Positions 60,737 to 64,000 of a stretch of 64,000 nucleotides of DNA are shown in pieces (the stretch's first letter is position 1; each line of letters starts with the position of its first letter). The stretch spans positions 248,001-312,000 of the forward strand of contig NIVC01001122.1 of assembly GCA_002269645.1 (NCBI GenBank), read 5' to 3'. This DNA is from Macrostomum lignano. Lineage: Eukaryota. The notes below the pieces were generated by a model that worked only from the letters and a program-made list of their open reading frames with translations, made no database searches and was not told where the DNA came from. Position numbers and translations under genes: made by a program.

Positions 60737-63700
60737 CGAGTATATCGATGGGGATAACTGAATGATCATTAGGCGATAATTGACTTGAGTAAGGTATTGA
60801 ATGATTATTTGGCTGATACATAAGTGATACGTAGACTATGCTCGTAAATCAATGCAATATAGCTCTGTTTAGGCTAAGCAAAATGATCCGTATCATATTA
60901 ATCGTTTAAAAAAATCGACTCGTTTTCGAATAGTTAGCTACAATGTACTAAATTTATTATTTCCTGTGATTTTACTGGCGTTTTTTATATCGTTCTGATG
61001 AAACACAAAGACTTGCAAGTTTAGAATAGAAAACTGGAGTGCAATGACACTGCACATTGATTAAGCCTTATCTGCCTCTACGTTTTAATACAAAATTCGA
61101 CCAATTATCGTTTTTTACTAATTGTTACTAACTGCACTTTTTATAGCAGACGCGTGTCCTCCGCTGTTTTGTTCATTTTTAGGTTGCTACCCCGGTTTGT
61201 ACTGCTCGCAGCACCTGTTGTCTCTTTGCACTTTGGTGTCTGTTTTTTTCTCGGTATTTAATCAACATTTTTTATTATTAGTCTCCTTATTATTATTAAT
61301 CTTTTTGCTCATGTTTTTATTAGCGCATATCTTTTACGCTTTTAGTTAGTGTGTATGTATTTACTCGTATAAGTTTGGCAGTAGTCTGTTGCATAATCTC
61401 ATAATTTAGTTAATTTATTGTGCACACAGTGACACCAGTACTATGTTTGTATTAACCTGCAAAATGTGCAAAACTGAATCCTGTTTGAAGTGTAAAGTAA
61501 CCGTAGTTAGCCCTTTATGCTGATTTTATTTTAAAGACAAAGCAGCAACAAGACTCGACAATAATCTTTAGTTGTATTTTAATCGATTGCATGCTTGTTT
61601 GTTTTTTATTGACATGTTTGCTGTGCTGCTTTAAGCGTTTATACCTTGTTTACATTTTATAATTCTCATTCATTTTACTGCTGAAGCCGACATAGTTTTG
61701 CTAGAAAATAGTTTAGTGCATAAAACTATTCTGCTTCTGCGTTCAAATTTTGTTAAATTTTTACTGAACCATTTTATAAGCATTGTTTCAAACCAGCAAC
61801 GAGAGTTTTTTTACTATTAAACCAATTACACTCTGCTGAAAGTCCAACTTTGTTGCTTGCGTATCTTTGCAACCTTACAAACGCTTGCTAATCCTCATAC
61901 GCTACTATGGAACTGCGTCTATATGAATTTTTTTTCAACACACCAGAAGGTCAAGAGGTACGGTGTAAAAATCATTAAGTTCAAAATCTGGCACATCATT
62001 AACAGATAAACAGTGTTATAAAGTACTAGGCACAGATCCTATAAACTTTAGTTCTACAGTTATAGTATCTAGTTTACAGTTTCTTGGGTGGCACTCAGGC
62101 CCGATCGTGATAAGCTCAAGGATGACTTAAGTAACAACATAATCGTCGATGAAAAAAATGTTCTGCGCTTAACCAAGGTAGATGTTTGTGTGAACAGAGG
62201 ACATTTGAACAATACTTCTGTAAAATATTCGTTATTTTGGGTGCGTTACTTAAAATTACGTCCAATAAATTTTTCATAGAAAACAACAGAGGGTTTGCTA
62301 AGTTGCTTTATCAATGACTATTCAAGCAGTTGACTACTTAAGTAGTTAACTGTTAACTTGGGCTTCATTTGAAGAGAACGGTTAGTTACGTCTTTTGTAG
62401 AAATCGTATCTCCGAAAGTTGGTAACAATGGCTTACAAAGCTCCTGTTCGCTTAGCTGCTCCCCGCCTGCTCTTACAATCCGTCGTAAGACCAATTGTGT
62501 ACTTGAATGTACGATCTTAGTAGATAGCAGAGTTTTGGTTTGTTTTGATTTTCACAACAGAAAAACACTGATCACAGTGATAGAAGGTCAAGGTTTTATT
62601 GACGCCTCTTTCCTCACAGACATTTGCACCGCCGTGAAACTCAGGTGGCACGGGTGCCACCGAATTCGTCAACATCTAATTCGTTAACGCCAACTGTGTC
62701 ACGTTACATAAACAATACAATAGCCTATGATAAATTATAGGGCCTACATACATTTTTGTCAATATTACTAAAACAGTGTCTATGCCTAGGCCCAGTTTAA
62801 AATTGACAATAATTTTGTTGTTTATAACAATTTTGTTTTATAACAAAAAAAAATTTTTTTAGTATTAAACCCTACAAAGCTAAAATCTTTCAGTCTCTGT
62901 CAAATATACTTTTCTTTGACCTTGTTTAATTTAAGTTTTTGTTTATCATATTAGAATTTGCTGCATTGGAAATTGACCACAAGCATCAGCTTTATAGCCT
63001 CTATCTATCCTCACATTTGTATTAAAAGCATTATCTGTAAGATTATGAATTGTATATTTTTATGTTTTTTCTTTATTATATTTAGAATATTTCATTAGGC
63101 TAGGGGACTACTTTACCTCATTTAAGGCTTAATAGATTTTCCTAGTCATTTGGTAATTACTAGTTATTTGTAGGTAGGGATAGCAAAATCTCAATTTTTG
63201 TAATTCTAAGATCCTAGAATTTGGCCAATATTACTAGGATTAGAAAAAATATAGTTTCTAGTTCTAGATTGAAATTTTAAGGCTTGCACTAAACATTTTG
63301 CTACTAGTACTAGGCTCTATTTTTGATTATATAATTTAGCTTAATATAAATAATCTATTTATAGATAAAAAAGTATTATCTTGTAATATAGGCCCTATTT
63401 CAAGTTCAAAATAGAAATTCTGCCAGAGGAAACTAGAAAGGCAAGAAGGCAAAATTCATAAATTATAAGGGGTATCCCTGAATAAGCATTAAGACTTTTC
63501 ATTAACATTAATTAAGGATTCCAAAATCCCAACATTTTACAATCCTAGGATTGAATAGTCCCAAAATCCCAATTGTGTTGAAATCCCGGGATTCAAAATC
63601 CTGGAATCCCAGTCCCAGGATTGGAATCCCTAAGACGGACTGTGCGGCATGCCGCATGCAGTAGTCATGGTCTCGCGACTCTTAGAGTCTTAGGGCCTTT

Positions 63701-64000
63701 TCATATTACCAATTCCAAAACCAGAATTGGTTCGGAATTCCAAGAAAAACAGCAGTAAAGCTATTAAACTCTGTTAATATTTGACTGCCTTAACAGCCTC
63801 ACTTTGAACAATTTTTCACTTTCTTCTTGGCAATTGTCATTCAATAATAGAAACTTTATAGCACGTATCTCCCTCTAGTTATGGAGACAAAAAGTTATAC
63901 TTCACAAATTGGTTCTGGTTCTGGAACCAGAACAAGCACTATGAAAAGGCCCTCAGTCTCGTCTCGTGGTGGAAAACGAAAAAAGGTTAAAATTATCTTT

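Overview
Eukaryotic (metazoan) genomic DNA, inferred to be a Macrostomum-type flatworm: it contains a 42-nt match to the Macrostomum spliced-leader (SL) exon as I recall it from the literature, and GC-rich exons sit in minisatellite-filled introns. I reconstructed five host genes by hand from splice sites, all on the + strand: classical dynamin (2232-23029, 12 core exons plus a cluster of phase-2 alternative C-terminal exons), a DDX43-like DEAD-box helicase with a Vasa-like GGFGRGG N-terminus (36306-39212), RSRC2 (42069-43391, no in-frame ATG), mitochondrial ATP synthase beta (45598-47700) and Wntless (52969-60070). Mobile DNA comprises one intact DD34D mariner, two decayed mariners, hAT, Merlin/ISXO2-like and RTE-like LINE fragments, several TIR elements/MITEs, and an LTR-like element (40974-41862). 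Most interesting: (1) the LTR-like element carries an SL exon copy about 29 nt downstream of a TATA-like box; (2) the adjacent RSRC2 ORF has no ATG and opens in phase 0 at an acceptor, as expected if the flatworm SL 3'-terminal AUG supplies its start codon; (3) nearly every long intron carries its own unrelated minisatellite starting just after the donor site. All calls are by eye; no database searches were run.
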